64,000 bases of DNA from positions 1,325 through 65,324 of the forward strand of contig CAZSKX010000002.1 of assembly GCA_964607655.1 (NCBI GenBank), given 5' to 3'. This DNA is from an uncultured Candidatus Saccharibacteria bacterium. Lineage in GTDB: Bacteria > Patescibacteriota > Minisyncoccia > Phycocordibacterales > Phycocordibacteraceae. Shown here piece by piece: positions 38,424 to 47,238 of this stretch; the first letter of the stretch is position 1; the number at the start of each line of letters is the position of its first letter. Below the pieces are notes generated by a model that had not been told where the DNA came from, did no database searches, and worked only from the letters and a program-made list of their open reading frames with translations. A program made the position numbers and the translations under genes.

Positions 38424-38993
38424 ATGAATCAACCACACATTACCTTTTTTATTGGGAAGCCGGGAAGCGGGAAGGGGACCCAGGCCGAGCTTCTTTCCCT
38501 TGCGACCGGCTGGCCGACCTTTGGCACGAGCGCGGGGCTCCGCGAGATTGTCGCGGCTGGCACGGCGGCAGGGCATAAGCTCCAGGCGACCATGGATGCG
38601 GGCGTGCTCACTCCGTACTGGGTAGCAAGCCACGTCTTCTTGAAGAAGTTGTTTAGTATTACTGATACGGGAAGCATCATTTTTGACGGCACGAGCCGCA
38701 CGCTTCCTGAAGCGCAGATAGTCTTCGATGCGCTCAAATGGCTTGATCGACCGTATCACATCTTCGAACTCAAGATCTCTGATGAGACCGTGCGAGGCCG
38801 TATTGAGCTGCGTAAGCAGACCAGTGGTCGCAAGGATGATGAAGCTCTCGACACGCGCCTGCAAGAGTATTATGCGAACACCGAACCAGGAATCAGCTAC
38901 CTACGTGAACAAGGCGCTCTCACCGAACTCGACGGCGAGAAGACTCCTGATGAGATCGCGGCAGACGTGCGCAAGGTCTTAAATCTCGGATGA
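38424..38993 (+). CDS. adk: Adenylate kinase
   Basis: P-loop GKPGSGKGTQ; short form without a Zn lid. Confidence 0.85.
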   Translation: MNQPHITFFIGKPGSGKGTQAELLSLATGWPTFGTSAGLREIVAAGTAAGHKLQATMDAGVLTPYWVASHVFLKKLFSITDTGSIIFDGTSRTLPEAQIVFDALKWLDRPYHIFELKISDETVRGRIELRKQTSGRKDDEALDTRLQEYYANTEPGISYLREQGALTELDGEKTPDEIAADVRKVLNLG

Positions 38994-39754
38994 CGATCGC
39001 GAACGACGAGCAGAAGTCACATCTTATCGAAGCGGGGAAGCGCCTCGCTGCCGTCCTCGCTGCCCTTAAGGCAAAAGTAGCTCCAGGGGTCACGGCGGAG
39101 GAGCTCGATGACCTGGCAGAAGCGATGATCCGAGAGGGGGGCGATGAGCCGTGTTTCCTTGGCTACTCTCCAGAAGGTGCTCCGCGGCCGTATCCGGCAA
39201 CACTCTGTGTATCGATCAACGATGAGGTCGTGCATGGGATCCCGAACGAATCGCTGAAGACTCTGAAAGAAGGAGACATTGTGGGGCTTGATCTTGGTCT
39301 TTCGCACGAAGGCGTGATCGTCGACTCAGCGATCACGGTCGCTGTGGGGAAGATCGATGCAGAGAGCCAGAAGCTCCTGAACGCCACGGAGAACGCGCTT
39401 GTCGCTGGTATCGCCGCGGCGAAGCCGGGCGGGCATATTGGGGACATCTCGGCGGCGATCCAGGCTGAGATCGAGAAGGCAGGCTTTAAGGTCGTTAAAG
39501 AGCTCGGAGGACATGGCGTGGGAGAGAGGGTGCACGAAGAGCCCTTCGTGCCGAACTTCGGCCGACCAGGGGAGGGGGAGGAGCTTGCGCCAGGAATGGT
39601 GCTCGCGCTCGAGCCGATCGCTGCGGCCGACCGAGCGGCGGTCATCCTCGCTCCAGACGGTTATACGTACCGTACCAAAGATGGCTCACGCTCGGCTCAC
39701 TTCGAACACACGATCTTGATTGAGACGGACGGGGCGCGTATCATTACCGCATAG
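38990..39754 (+). CDS. map: Methionine aminopeptidase type I
   Basis: Metal ligand blocks (DIVGLDLG, HGVGERVHEEP, LEPIA, HFEHTILI). Confidence 0.88.
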   Translation: MTIANDEQKSHLIEAGKRLAAVLAALKAKVAPGVTAEELDDLAEAMIREGGDEPCFLGYSPEGAPRPYPATLCVSINDEVVHGIPNESLKTLKEGDIVGLDLGLSHEGVIVDSAITVAVGKIDAESQKLLNATENALVAGIAAAKPGGHIGDISAAIQAEIEKAGFKVVKELGGHGVGERVHEEPFVPNFGRPGEGEELAPGMVLALEPIAAADRAAVILAPDGYTYRTKDGSRSAHFEHTILIETDGARIITA

Positions 39755-39794
39755 CCTCACGGCGCCGCCCGAGGGCGGATTAATTTTTATACTT

Positions 39795-40406
39795 ATGTCA
39801 CCACATCCAAAATCTGAACGAACGCTCGTGATCCTTAAGCCTGACGCGGTGCAGCGCGGACTTGTCGGGGAGACCATCAAGCGTTTTGAAAATATTGGTC
39901 TTAAGATGGTGGCGAGCAAGATGGTCCTCGCTAACGCAGAACATGTCGAGAAGCATTACACTCTCGACCCTGAGTGGCGACGCGTCACAGGGGAGAAGAC
40001 CATTGCAGGATACAAGGATAAAGGGCTCGTTCCGCCCTCAGAAGATCCCTACGAGATTACGGGAAGGATTCTTGAGGGGCTGAAGAAGTACATGGTCGCC
40101 GGGCCAGTGGTGGTGATGATTTGGGAGGGAGCTCACGCGGTAAAGATCGTGCGCAAGCTCGTCGGCAGCACCGAGCCACTTACGAGTGCCCCGGGTACCA
40201 TTCGCGGTGACTATGTGCTCGATTCGTACCAGATGTCTGACAATGATGGACGTGCCGTGCGTAACCTTATCCACGCTTCAGGTTCAGTCGGAGAGGCAAA
40301 CGCTGAGATCGCGCATTGGTTTAAGCCAGAAGAAATCATCGAGTACCGCCAGCTTCAAGACGCTATCATCTACTCGCCCGAGCTCGACGGTATCTTGGGG
40401 GAATAA
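39795..40406 (+). CDS. ndk: Nucleoside diphosphate kinase (unusually long, about 35-aa internal insertion)
   Basis: ERTLVILKPDAVQRGLVGE, catalytic-His block NLIHASGSVGEA; about 203 aa versus about 140 for the typical enzyme. Confidence 0.8.
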   Translation: MSPHPKSERTLVILKPDAVQRGLVGETIKRFENIGLKMVASKMVLANAEHVEKHYTLDPEWRRVTGEKTIAGYKDKGLVPPSEDPYEITGRILEGLKKYMVAGPVVVMIWEGAHAVKIVRKLVGSTEPLTSAPGTIRGDYVLDSYQMSDNDGRAVRNLIHASGSVGEANAEIAHWFKPEEIIEYRQLQDAIIYSPELDGILGE

Positions 40407-40608
40407 GCTGCACGGGACTTGTCCCCAGCGCTGCTTGACAGGGGGTGTATTATAGAAAGTAGGAGCTGTTCTTGAGAAAGCAACTTGGTTAACTTAAGGG
40501 AAACTACGTTATTCAGGTAGTTGTTGTGAAGTTCCGCAAGGATCATCTAGACAGTGCCGCTACGTATCCCACCTGTCTAAATTAAGTTGCCATCACAGGA
40601 CAGCTCCA

Positions 40609-40642
40609 CGAGAAAACCGCTCAGCGATGAGCGGTTTTCTCG
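40609..40642. terminator. Bidirectional terminator
   Basis: cgagaaaaccgctcagcgatgagcggttttctcg. Confidence 0.65.
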
Positions 40643-40709
40643 TGGCTAGCAAAAAAGAAAGCAGCCAGTCTCTGGGGAGACTGGCTGCCGTTCTGTATTT
40701 TTGGCGTGG

Positions 40710-41006
40710 TTACAGTTCCACGGTGCAGGTGTTCGAGTCGGCCCCGAGGAGCCTTGCGTGGAAGGTGTACGCCACCTTCCCGTGCGCGTCCTTGTACGGG
40801 CTCGCAACGCACTTGAACCCGATCGCGCCGACGGTGTTCTGGTCGGCACAGACCTCCAGGCGCTCTTCGGCCGGGGTGGCCTCGAGCGTCTCGCAGAACG
40901 CGTACGCGGGGAGCTGCTGCTCCCAGTGCGCATTCACGAGCTGAACCGTCATGAAGATGGCGCCGGTGAGCGCGAAGGTTTTCGCGAGGTACATCATCAC
41001 TTTCAT
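40710..41006 (-). CDS. Small secreted Cys-containing protein (hypothetical)
   Basis: Signal peptide MKVMMYLAKTFALTGAIFMTVQLVNA; 4 Cys in the mature 70 aa; upstream Mets in the track ORF are unlikely starts. Confidence 0.4.
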   Translation of the reverse strand: MKVMMYLAKTFALTGAIFMTVQLVNAHWEQQLPAYAFCETLEATPAEERLEVCADQNTVGAIGFKCVASPYKDAHGKVAYTFHARLLGADSNTCTVEL

Positions 41007-41136
41007 GAGCTGATCCTCCATCTCTTTCGAGCGAGTAACTCGCGAGGGCCTATCCCAAGCGGCTATAAAGCAATGATAGCATATCTTCATATAAAAGTCA
41101 AGTACCCCTGAAATATCGTGCTAAAATAGGCGCATT

Positions 41137-42528
41137 ATGGCACTTCGGTTACAGGCGTATGGCGGGGCAGGGAAGGTGACGGGTTCAAACTTTTTAGTAG
41201 AGAATGATACAGCAAAAGTGTTGGTCGACTGCGGGATCGAGCAAGGGGCAGACGTGGTACACGAACACGTGTACGGTGCGTTCCCTTTTGATCCCGGCAC
41301 CATCGACGCACTCGTCGTAACGCATTCGCATCTCGACCATGTGGGGAGAATTCCCAAGCTCGTGAAAGATGGGTTCAAGGGGAAGATTTTTATGACACCA
41401 GCAACGCGCGACCTCGCGGCGCTGATATTGCTCGATTCGGTCGGCATCCTTGCTGAGGATGCCAAGAAACGAGGTATAGATCCTCCGTTTGAAGGCGAAG
41501 ATGTAGAGGCAGCATTTAATCTCGTCGAAGAACTTGAGTATCACGTAGAGAAAGAGATCGCGCCCGGGTTATCGGCTTATTTTCGCAACACGGGCCACAT
41601 CTTAGGCTCGGCGAGCGTTCGTTTGAAAGATGCTGACGGTACGAGCGTCGCACTTACGGGAGATATCGGCAACTCCCCATCGCCGCTCTTGCCTGACTGG
41701 GAGGCTATACCAGATGCAGACGCGATTTTGATGGAGAGTGTGTACGGAGACCGACTTCACCCGGAGCACGGAGAACGGGTCACAAAGCTTCGAGATGTAT
41801 TAAAAAGTGCGATCGAGCGCGGCGGCACCGTGCTTATCCCCGCCTTCTCCCTCGAGCGCACGCAGCTCATGCTCTACGAGCTCTCCAACTTTTTTGATGC
41901 AGGCGAGCTGCCGCAGGTTCCTGTGTTTCTCGACTCGCCGCTCGCGATCAAGATAACGGCAGTGTATGAGAAGTGGGGCAACACTTACTTTAAACCAGAG
42001 GCTGAGGCCGAGATGAAGCGAGAGAAGAGTCTCTTCAAGTTTCCCTTCCTGAAACAAACGGCGAGTCATGACCAGTCGGAAGAAATTGCGCTGGTAGAAG
42101 GGCCGAAGATCATCATCGCAGGTGCGGGCATGAGCCACGGAGGCCGTATCGGAGGATGGGAGGCCAAATATCTGCCAGACCCTAAGACGACACTCCTCGT
42201 TGTGGGGTACCAGGCACCTGGCTCGCCAGGGCGTAGGCTCCAGGACGGCGCACAGGAGGTGAAGCTTAATGGCGCATATGTAAAAGTACGCGCGCATATC
42301 GAGACGATCCACGGATGGTCAGCACACGCTGATCGCGACGAGCTCCTCGCCTTTGTCGAGGCGTCGCTTGAGAGTAAACGGGTGAAAACTATTTTTGTCG
42401 CTATCGGCGAGCCGGCGGCCGAGCGCTTCCTCGCACAGCGCATCCACGACTATTTAGGCGCTAAAGCCGTAGTGCCCGAGCTCGGGGAGATTTTTGAGAT
42501 TACCAAAGAAGGCGTGAAGAAAATATAA
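41137..42528 (+). CDS. MBL-fold beta-CASP RNA-metabolising hydrolase (RNase J/CPSF-like, 463 aa)
   Basis: HSHLDHVG metal-binding motif and beta-CASP arrangement; lacks the N-terminal tail of the second RNase J. Confidence 0.75.
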   Translation: MALRLQAYGGAGKVTGSNFLVENDTAKVLVDCGIEQGADVVHEHVYGAFPFDPGTIDALVVTHSHLDHVGRIPKLVKDGFKGKIFMTPATRDLAALILLDSVGILAEDAKKRGIDPPFEGEDVEAAFNLVEELEYHVEKEIAPGLSAYFRNTGHILGSASVRLKDADGTSVALTGDIGNSPSPLLPDWEAIPDADAILMESVYGDRLHPEHGERVTKLRDVLKSAIERGGTVLIPAFSLERTQLMLYELSNFFDAGELPQVPVFLDSPLAIKITAVYEKWGNTYFKPEAEAEMKREKSLFKFPFLKQTASHDQSEEIALVEGPKIIIAGAGMSHGGRIGGWEAKYLPDPKTTLLVVGYQAPGSPGRRLQDGAQEVKLNGAYVKVRAHIETIHGWSAHADRDELLAFVEASLESKRVKTIFVAIGEPAAERFLAQRIHDYLGAKAVVPELGEIFEITKEGVKKI

Positions 42529-42531
42529 AAG

Positions 42532-42562
42532 CACAACCGCCGGCCTATGGCCGGCGGTTGTG
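42532..42562. terminator. Bidirectional terminator (MBL hydrolase / rplT)
   Basis: cacaaccgccggcctatggccggcggttgtg. Confidence 0.6.
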
Positions 42563-42579
42563 TGAGAAGGGGATGGCTA

Positions 42580-42927
42580 TTAACCGACCTTCTTAGCGAT
42601 GCGGGTGAAAATCTCGGGGTGCTCAGCTGCGAAGGTCGCGAGGACCTTACGGTCGAGGGCGATCTCTGCCGTCTTAAGCTTGGCGATGAATCTGCTGTAC
42701 GACTTGTGGCCGTTCTCGCGAACTGCGGCATTCAAGCGGACGATCCAGAGCTGACGGAAATCAGTCTTCTTATCCTTGCGGTGGGCGAAGGCGTAGCGCC
42801 CCGCCTTCATCAGGCCTTCGTGGGCCTGCTTGATCTTCGTCGAGCGACCGTGACGGAAGCCCTTTGCGCGCTTCAAGATGTTTGTGCGACGCTTGTGTGC
42901 TGAAACTCCTCCTTTAATTCGTGCCAT
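42580..42927 (-). CDS. rplT: 50S ribosomal protein L20
   Basis: MARIKGGVSAHKRRTNILKRAKGFRHGRS... Confidence 0.92.
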   Translation of the reverse strand: MARIKGGVSAHKRRTNILKRAKGFRHGRSTKIKQAHEGLMKAGRYAFAHRKDKKTDFRQLWIVRLNAAVRENGHKSYSRFIAKLKTAEIALDRKVLATFAAEHPEIFTRIAKKVG

Positions 42928-42948
42928 AAATTTTTATATTAAAACTAA

Positions 42949-43143
42949 TTATGCAGCTGCGGTGCCGGCAAGGAAGCGGCGGCGAACACGCTTAGTAAGC
43001 GTGATGTTGACCGCGCGGCGCTTAGCAGAGCGCTTTGAACCGCTCGCCTTCGCGTTGAAGTGGTTCTGGCCCTTTGCGCGAGCAACGATCTTACCGTTAC
43101 GCGTAACGCGCAGACGCTTCGTATAGGATTTATTGGTTTTCAT
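42949..43143 (-). CDS. rpmI: 50S ribosomal protein L35
   Basis: MKTNKSYTKRLRVTRNGKIVARAKGQNHF... Confidence 0.85.
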   Translation of the reverse strand: MKTNKSYTKRLRVTRNGKIVARAKGQNHFNAKASGSKRSAKRRAVNITLTKRVRRRFLAGTAAA

Positions 43144-43708
43144 CATGGTGTGGTTGTGCGGCTTTCGCCTCTTTTTCTTTCTTTTGCTGAGCGGCGAGAT
43201 CTCGCTCGACTACCCCAGCAAAACCCTTTGGGCTCTTGGTGACAGGCTCAGCGATCTTGTAGGCATAAGGGATCCGTACGAGGAACTTCTCGAGGCGCTC
43301 CTTGAGGAACTTCTCATCCATCCCTTTGTAGCGACCCTTGAGGAAGAGCTCAGCCCGTACCCGGTGGCCTTCAGAAAGCCATTCGGCGGCCTTTTTAGCC
43401 TTCAGCATCATATCATTATCCCCGGTGCCCACCTTGATCTGGACCTCCTTGGTTTCGGATACTTTTACCTTGGCTTTAGCGACCTTTTCCTTCTTGCTAC
43501 GCTCGTACTCAAATTTACCATAATCCTGTATCTTAGCAACCGGTGGGACCGCCGAGGGCGAAATCTCGATAAGATCGAGGCCGGCGGCCTTGGCAGCGGC
43601 CAGAGCCTCCTGGAGCGAGATAACACCGAGGTTTTCACCCTGCGCGCCGATCACGCGCAGCTCGCGGGCGCGTATCTCGTTATTGATGAGGATTCGGTCA
43701 GTGGCCAC
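43130..43708 (-). CDS. infC: Translation initiation factor IF-3
   Basis: ILINNEIRARELRVIG...GVISLQEALAAAKAAGLDLIEISP...KIQDYGKFEYE. The start codon is uncertain: a GTG at 43708 seems likely, and the upstream MRKC extension in the track probably is not used. The 3' end overlaps the rpmI start. Confidence 0.8.
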   Translation of the reverse strand: MATDRILINNEIRARELRVIGAQGENLGVISLQEALAAAKAAGLDLIEISPSAVPPVAKIQDYGKFEYERSKKEKVAKAKVKVSETKEVQIKVGTGDNDMMLKAKKAAEWLSEGHRVRAELFLKGRYKGMDEKFLKERLEKFLVRIPYAYKIAEPVTKSPKGFAGVVERDLAAQQKKEKEAKAAQPHHDENQ

Positions 43709-43753
43709 TGGAAGATTTCTCACACTGTACCATAAAATCAAGCATTTGCGCAA

Positions 43754-44665
43754 CTATTTTGAAAGCTGAGACGAGTCCTCGAGGATGATTTCGGCCTTGC
43801 CTTGATACAACTTAATTTTTCCGGTGAGGGTGACGGCTTTGCCGACGTAGGAATCGAGGTCGGGGAACTTCTTAATATCGTCAGCGAATATGACCGCAGT
43901 AAAGGGACAGGTTTTGTAGTCCTTACAGAAGTCGAGGAAGGTGACCCCGCTCTTGGCGGTGTAGGCCCGCAGGAGCGTGCCGGTGACTCGGGCCTCCTCG
44001 CCAATGTGGCTTGGCGCCTCAGTGTAGGGGATCGTCCCGGCAAAAACGGGCGTGGCCGCGCTAGCGGCCACGGAGTTGCCCTTATAGGCCTCGAGTAGGT
44101 GCAGCAAGAAATCTTCATGTACTTTACGCAAGGTGGGGTCAGTCCCGATCTCAAGCAGCTCGTCGTTAATGGTGGTGGCAGAATTGGTCCAGTTATAGCT
44201 CCCGTGGACATAGGTCGAGTCGGTCACGAGCATCTTCAGGTGCATGATCCCGTTGCCACCCGGGTGCTTCTCGACGACGAGGGGAATCCCAGCCTTCTCG
44301 AGAATCTCGCGCACGTCTGAACTAAATTGTTCTTGGAATTGGCCACTGTCGACTACGCCGCGCACGTCCACACCGCGCGCCTTGGCGCGCGCGAGCGCCT
44401 CAGCGATACCTTTGTGGGTAAAGGTATAGATTGCGAAATAGAGGTGCGTCTTCGCCCCATCAATAACTGCAATTAATTCTTTGTCGGCGTTTTGTGCGGT
44501 GAGCGAGTAGACGATGCGGGTCGAGCCGGCGGCAGGCGCAGTGACGGTCGTAGCTGGGATATTTGGCAGGGGAGCCCGGTCGCTGACGCCTACTTGGTAG
44601 CCGCTCGTAACGGCAGAGATGAGTAATACGATCGCGCCCACAGCTCGCCTAGTGCGTGCGTTCAT
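43754..44665 (-). CDS. Membrane-anchored PLD-superfamily (HKD) nuclease-like protein with a C-terminal OB-fold
   Basis: N-terminal TM; HKD motif HLKMLVTDSTYVHGSYNWTNSA; C-terminal about 90 aa (VTGTLLRAYTAKSGVTFLDF...VTLTGKIKLYQGKAEIIL) looks like an OB-fold of the kind found in secreted nucleases. Confidence 0.65.
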   Translation of the reverse strand: MNARTRRAVGAIVLLISAVTSGYQVGVSDRAPLPNIPATTVTAPAAGSTRIVYSLTAQNADKELIAVIDGAKTHLYFAIYTFTHKGIAEALARAKARGVDVRGVVDSGQFQEQFSSDVREILEKAGIPLVVEKHPGGNGIMHLKMLVTDSTYVHGSYNWTNSATTINDELLEIGTDPTLRKVHEDFLLHLLEAYKGNSVAASAATPVFAGTIPYTEAPSHIGEEARVTGTLLRAYTAKSGVTFLDFCKDYKTCPFTAVIFADDIKKFPDLDSYVGKAVTLTGKIKLYQGKAEIILEDSSQLSK

Positions 44666-45270
44666 AGCTCCGTCGAGTTGACCAAAAAACCATTTTTAAT
44701 CTTCTTTTTGAACACGTTGAAATGTCCAGCGCCCACCAGAGCCGCTATGAATATGCCAGCGATGATCCATCGCTCCCGCTGAAGCCATTCTGCAGTGATC
44801 GAGCCAAACCAGTAGCACAGCGCGAAGAGAAAGGTGGTCCAGAGTGCAGTCGCGAGTACGACGGTGGCAAGGAAGGTCGAGAATGACTTCCCGATAAAGC
44901 CGCTTGCGGCATAGGTGGGCAGGCGGGATCCGGGAATAAATCGAGCCGAGAAGAGAGTGAGCGCGTAGCGCGTCTCGAGCCAGGCGCGGACAGGGACTAC
45001 GTAGTCGTGGTCGACATATCTCGCAAACCTCGGGTGAGTACTCGCGTAGCGACCGATCGAGAAGAAGATAATGTCGCCCAAGATAACCCCGGCGTATAAA
45101 GAACCGAGCGCGAGCGGGACTGAGATCGCTCCGTCTGAGGCGAGTACTCCGACGAGTACAACAGTTGGGTCTTCGAGAATTAATACGCCGATGACGATCG
45201 CCGCCGAGAGAAAGAGAGGGTGACCAAGCGCGTCAACGATCACGTGGCCGAGGAGGGGGAGAGGTGGCAT
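44662..45270 (-). CDS. dedA: DedA/SNARE-associated (TVP38) family membrane protein
   Basis: 202 aa; DedA pattern (GRYASTHPRFARYVD...FIPGSRLPTYAASG). Confidence 0.7.
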   Translation of the reverse strand: MPPLPLLGHVIVDALGHPLFLSAAIVIGVLILEDPTVVLVGVLASDGAISVPLALGSLYAGVILGDIIFFSIGRYASTHPRFARYVDHDYVVPVRAWLETRYALTLFSARFIPGSRLPTYAASGFIGKSFSTFLATVVLATALWTTFLFALCYWFGSITAEWLQRERWIIAGIFIAALVGAGHFNVFKKKIKNGFLVNSTEL

Positions 45271-45310
45271 GTGTGCTCATTATTTTAACAGATTAGGGTA
45301 CACTTTAAGG

Positions 45311-45795
45311 ATGGAATCAAAGGTAGAGAAGGCAACGTTTGCGGCAGGATGTTTCTGGGGTGTGTTGAAGCGTCGTTCCTCACGGTCCCTGGTGTGGTGG
45401 ACGCTGTTTCAGGCTACACGGGCGGGCACACCGAGAACCCCACCTACGAGCAGGTCTGCTCAGGTACGACCGGGCACGCCGAAGCAGTGGAGGTGAGCTT
45501 CGACCCGAGTAAGGTCAGCTACGAGACGCTCGTGCGTAAGTTCTTCGCTCTTCACGACCCCACGCAGATGAATCGCCAAGGGCCCGATGTGGGCGAGCAG
45601 TATCGCTCAGTGGCCTACTATCACTCGCCCGAACAGAAAGTAGTTATAGAAAAAGTGATAAAAGAGCTTGCCCCGCAGTATTTTCCTAAGACGATCGCAA
45701 CTGCAGTCGAGCCCGTCCAGACTTTCTATCGCGCGGAAGAATACCACCAACGTTACGCCGAAAAGCACCCCGGCCGCGTGGTGTGCCATATATAA
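45311..45795 (+). pseudogene. msrA: Peptide methionine sulfoxide reductase MsrA with an apparent 2-nt insertion (-1 frameshift) right after the GCFWG active-site motif
   Basis: Frame A (45311-) reads MESKVEKATFAAGCFWGV then goes out of frame. Frame B (from 45349) reads VEASFLTVPGVVDAVSGYTGG...YRS... Joined, they give a canonical MsrA; the GTGTG at 45360-45364 appears to be where the frameshift occurs. Confidence 0.6.
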
Positions 45796-45877
45796 ATCTC
45801 GGTGATAGAATACCGTGCAGGGTATCAGCCCCTTCGGGCGACGACGCCTACCGTTGCCAAAGAGGTGGCATCGGGGC

Positions 45878-45908
45878 CGGTCGAGTAACATCGACCGGTT
45901 TTTTTATT
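45878..45908. terminator. Bidirectional terminator between convergent msrA and msrB
   Basis: ccggtcgagtaacatcgaccgg followed by ttttttta. Confidence 0.65.
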
Positions 45909-46299
45909 TTTCTTTAAAATCGAGGCAGACTGAGTTGATGCAGTAGCGCTTGCCGCCCTTGTCGGCTGGGCCGTCGTCGAAGACGTGGCCGAGGTGCGCG
46001 TCGCAGTGTTTACAGTAGACCTCGTTACGATAGCCGTCCTTGTCTTGACGGACTCCGACATTTTCAGCCACAGCCGGGTCGGTAAAGGAAGGCCAGCCCG
46101 TACCGGAGTCGAACTTAGCGGCTGAGCTGAAGAGCTCGCTGCCGCAATTCTTGCAGCGATACGCGCCTTCGTCGTGATTGTCGACGTAGGTGCCGCTAAA
46201 GGGGGCTTCAGTCCCGCCCTCGAACATCACGTGCTTCTCTTCGGGAGTGAGCTCTTTCATCGACTCTATGGTACCACCACCGCACAGCATCTTCATCAA
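45904..46299 (-). CDS. msrB: Peptide methionine sulfoxide reductase MsrB (SelR), Zn-binding form
   Basis: Two CxxC pairs (CKNCGSELF...CKHCDAHLGHVFDDGP) and RYCINS. Confidence 0.88.
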   Translation of the reverse strand: MMKMLCGGGTIESMKELTPEEKHVMFEGGTEAPFSGTYVDNHDEGAYRCKNCGSELFSSAAKFDSGTGWPSFTDPAVAENVGVRQDKDGYRNEVYCKHCDAHLGHVFDDGPADKGGKRYCINSVCLDFKEK

Positions 46300-46393
46300 T
46301 ACTACGGGGTGATGGTGTTTTTATACGATCTGACCGATCTTTCCTTAACCATCAGCCATCACAGCAACAACCTACCTAAAGGGGTGCAAAGAT

Positions 46394-46690
46394 ATGTCTA
46401 CGCAGCGAGGGGAACGTGCCGAGGTCTCACTTACCGAGCTCGAGAGTTTTGTGAACGGTAGAGACAAGGTGTCTAGCGAGGAGTTGCTTCCGTTCTGCAA
46501 CATCGTCGGGAGATACTCGGTTGAAGAGACGACCGCATTCTTGGCACGTGAGCTGAGTGATGAGAGTGTGACGTACCTTGCCGCTCGTTTGCGGCTGAGG
46601 ACGATCACGAGTGACGAGGTCGCGGTGATCCTCGCGCTGATACTTCGTAAGAGGGCGCTCGAAGACAGCCCCCCGAGTGTTCAGCTGTAG
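46394..46690 (+). CDS. Hypothetical protein (98 aa)
   Basis: ORF followed by a terminator hairpin (about 46697-46740); no motif recognised. Confidence 0.3.
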   Translation: MSTQRGERAEVSLTELESFVNGRDKVSSEELLPFCNIVGRYSVEETTAFLARELSDESVTYLAARLRLRTITSDEVAVILALILRKRALEDSPPSVQL

Positions 46691-46776
46691 GATGGCTAAG
46701 GCCCCTTGTCGTATACCGACAGGGGGCCTTTTCTTGCTGTATTGCATCTTGGCTATAGGGCGCGTATCCTGACTAT

Positions 46777-47238
46777 ATGAAGCGTTGGGCTGCCGGACTC
46801 ATCGTTGTCTTCGCCTTCTGCGGGCTCGCAGTGTCGAACTATATCGATCAGAGCGAGCGTCAGGGAGCTCCCCTGATCTGTAACGTGGCGAGCCTCGATG
46901 GCTGCAATATCGTCGTCACGAGCGCTTATGCCCAACTTCTCGGCATGCCACTTGCGACCTGGGGGATACTCTTCTACACCTTCGTATTCGTAATCGCAGC
47001 ATTCGAACTCTTCCTTATGAACCAGATGCTTCGCTGGACGCTGCAGGTGCTCGCAGCGGTTGGTCTGCTCGTGTCGCTCTATGGCATCTATACGCAGGTG
47101 TTCCTCATCGAAGCGCTTTGTATGTATTGCTTGGTCTCAGCCGTAGTAGCGATGGGGATTTTTATAGCAGCTCTTTTTATCGAACCCGTCCCTATCCATC
47201 ACCTTAAGCGAGCGCGTGCCGCGCTTTTAAAATCATGA
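46777..47238 (+). CDS. Vitamin K epoxide reductase (VKOR)-family thiol oxidoreductase
   Basis: Multi-TM; loop Cys pair (CNVASLDGC) plus membrane CxxC (CMYC), as in VKOR/DsbB-analog proteins. Confidence 0.6.
   Translation: MKRWAAGLIVVFAFCGLAVSNYIDQSERQGAPLICNVASLDGCNIVVTSAYAQLLGMPLATWGILFYTFVFVIAAFELFLMNQMLRWTLQVLAAVGLLVSLYGIYTQVFLIEALCMYCLVSAVVAMGIFIAALFIEPVPIHHLKRARAALLKS

Noticed and set aside
40431-40455. TTGACA...TATTAT as a sigma70 promoter downstream of ndk
   Set aside because: Hexamer spacing is about 7 nt instead of 16-18, so this is not a canonical promoter. It is retained only as part of the ncRNA-candidate finding.
45349-45795. Treating the downstream msrA frame as an independent intact gene starting at ATG 45349
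   Set aside because: The upstream frame encodes exactly the missing conserved MsrA N-terminus, including the catalytic GCFWG. A frameshifted single gene is the parsimonious reading.
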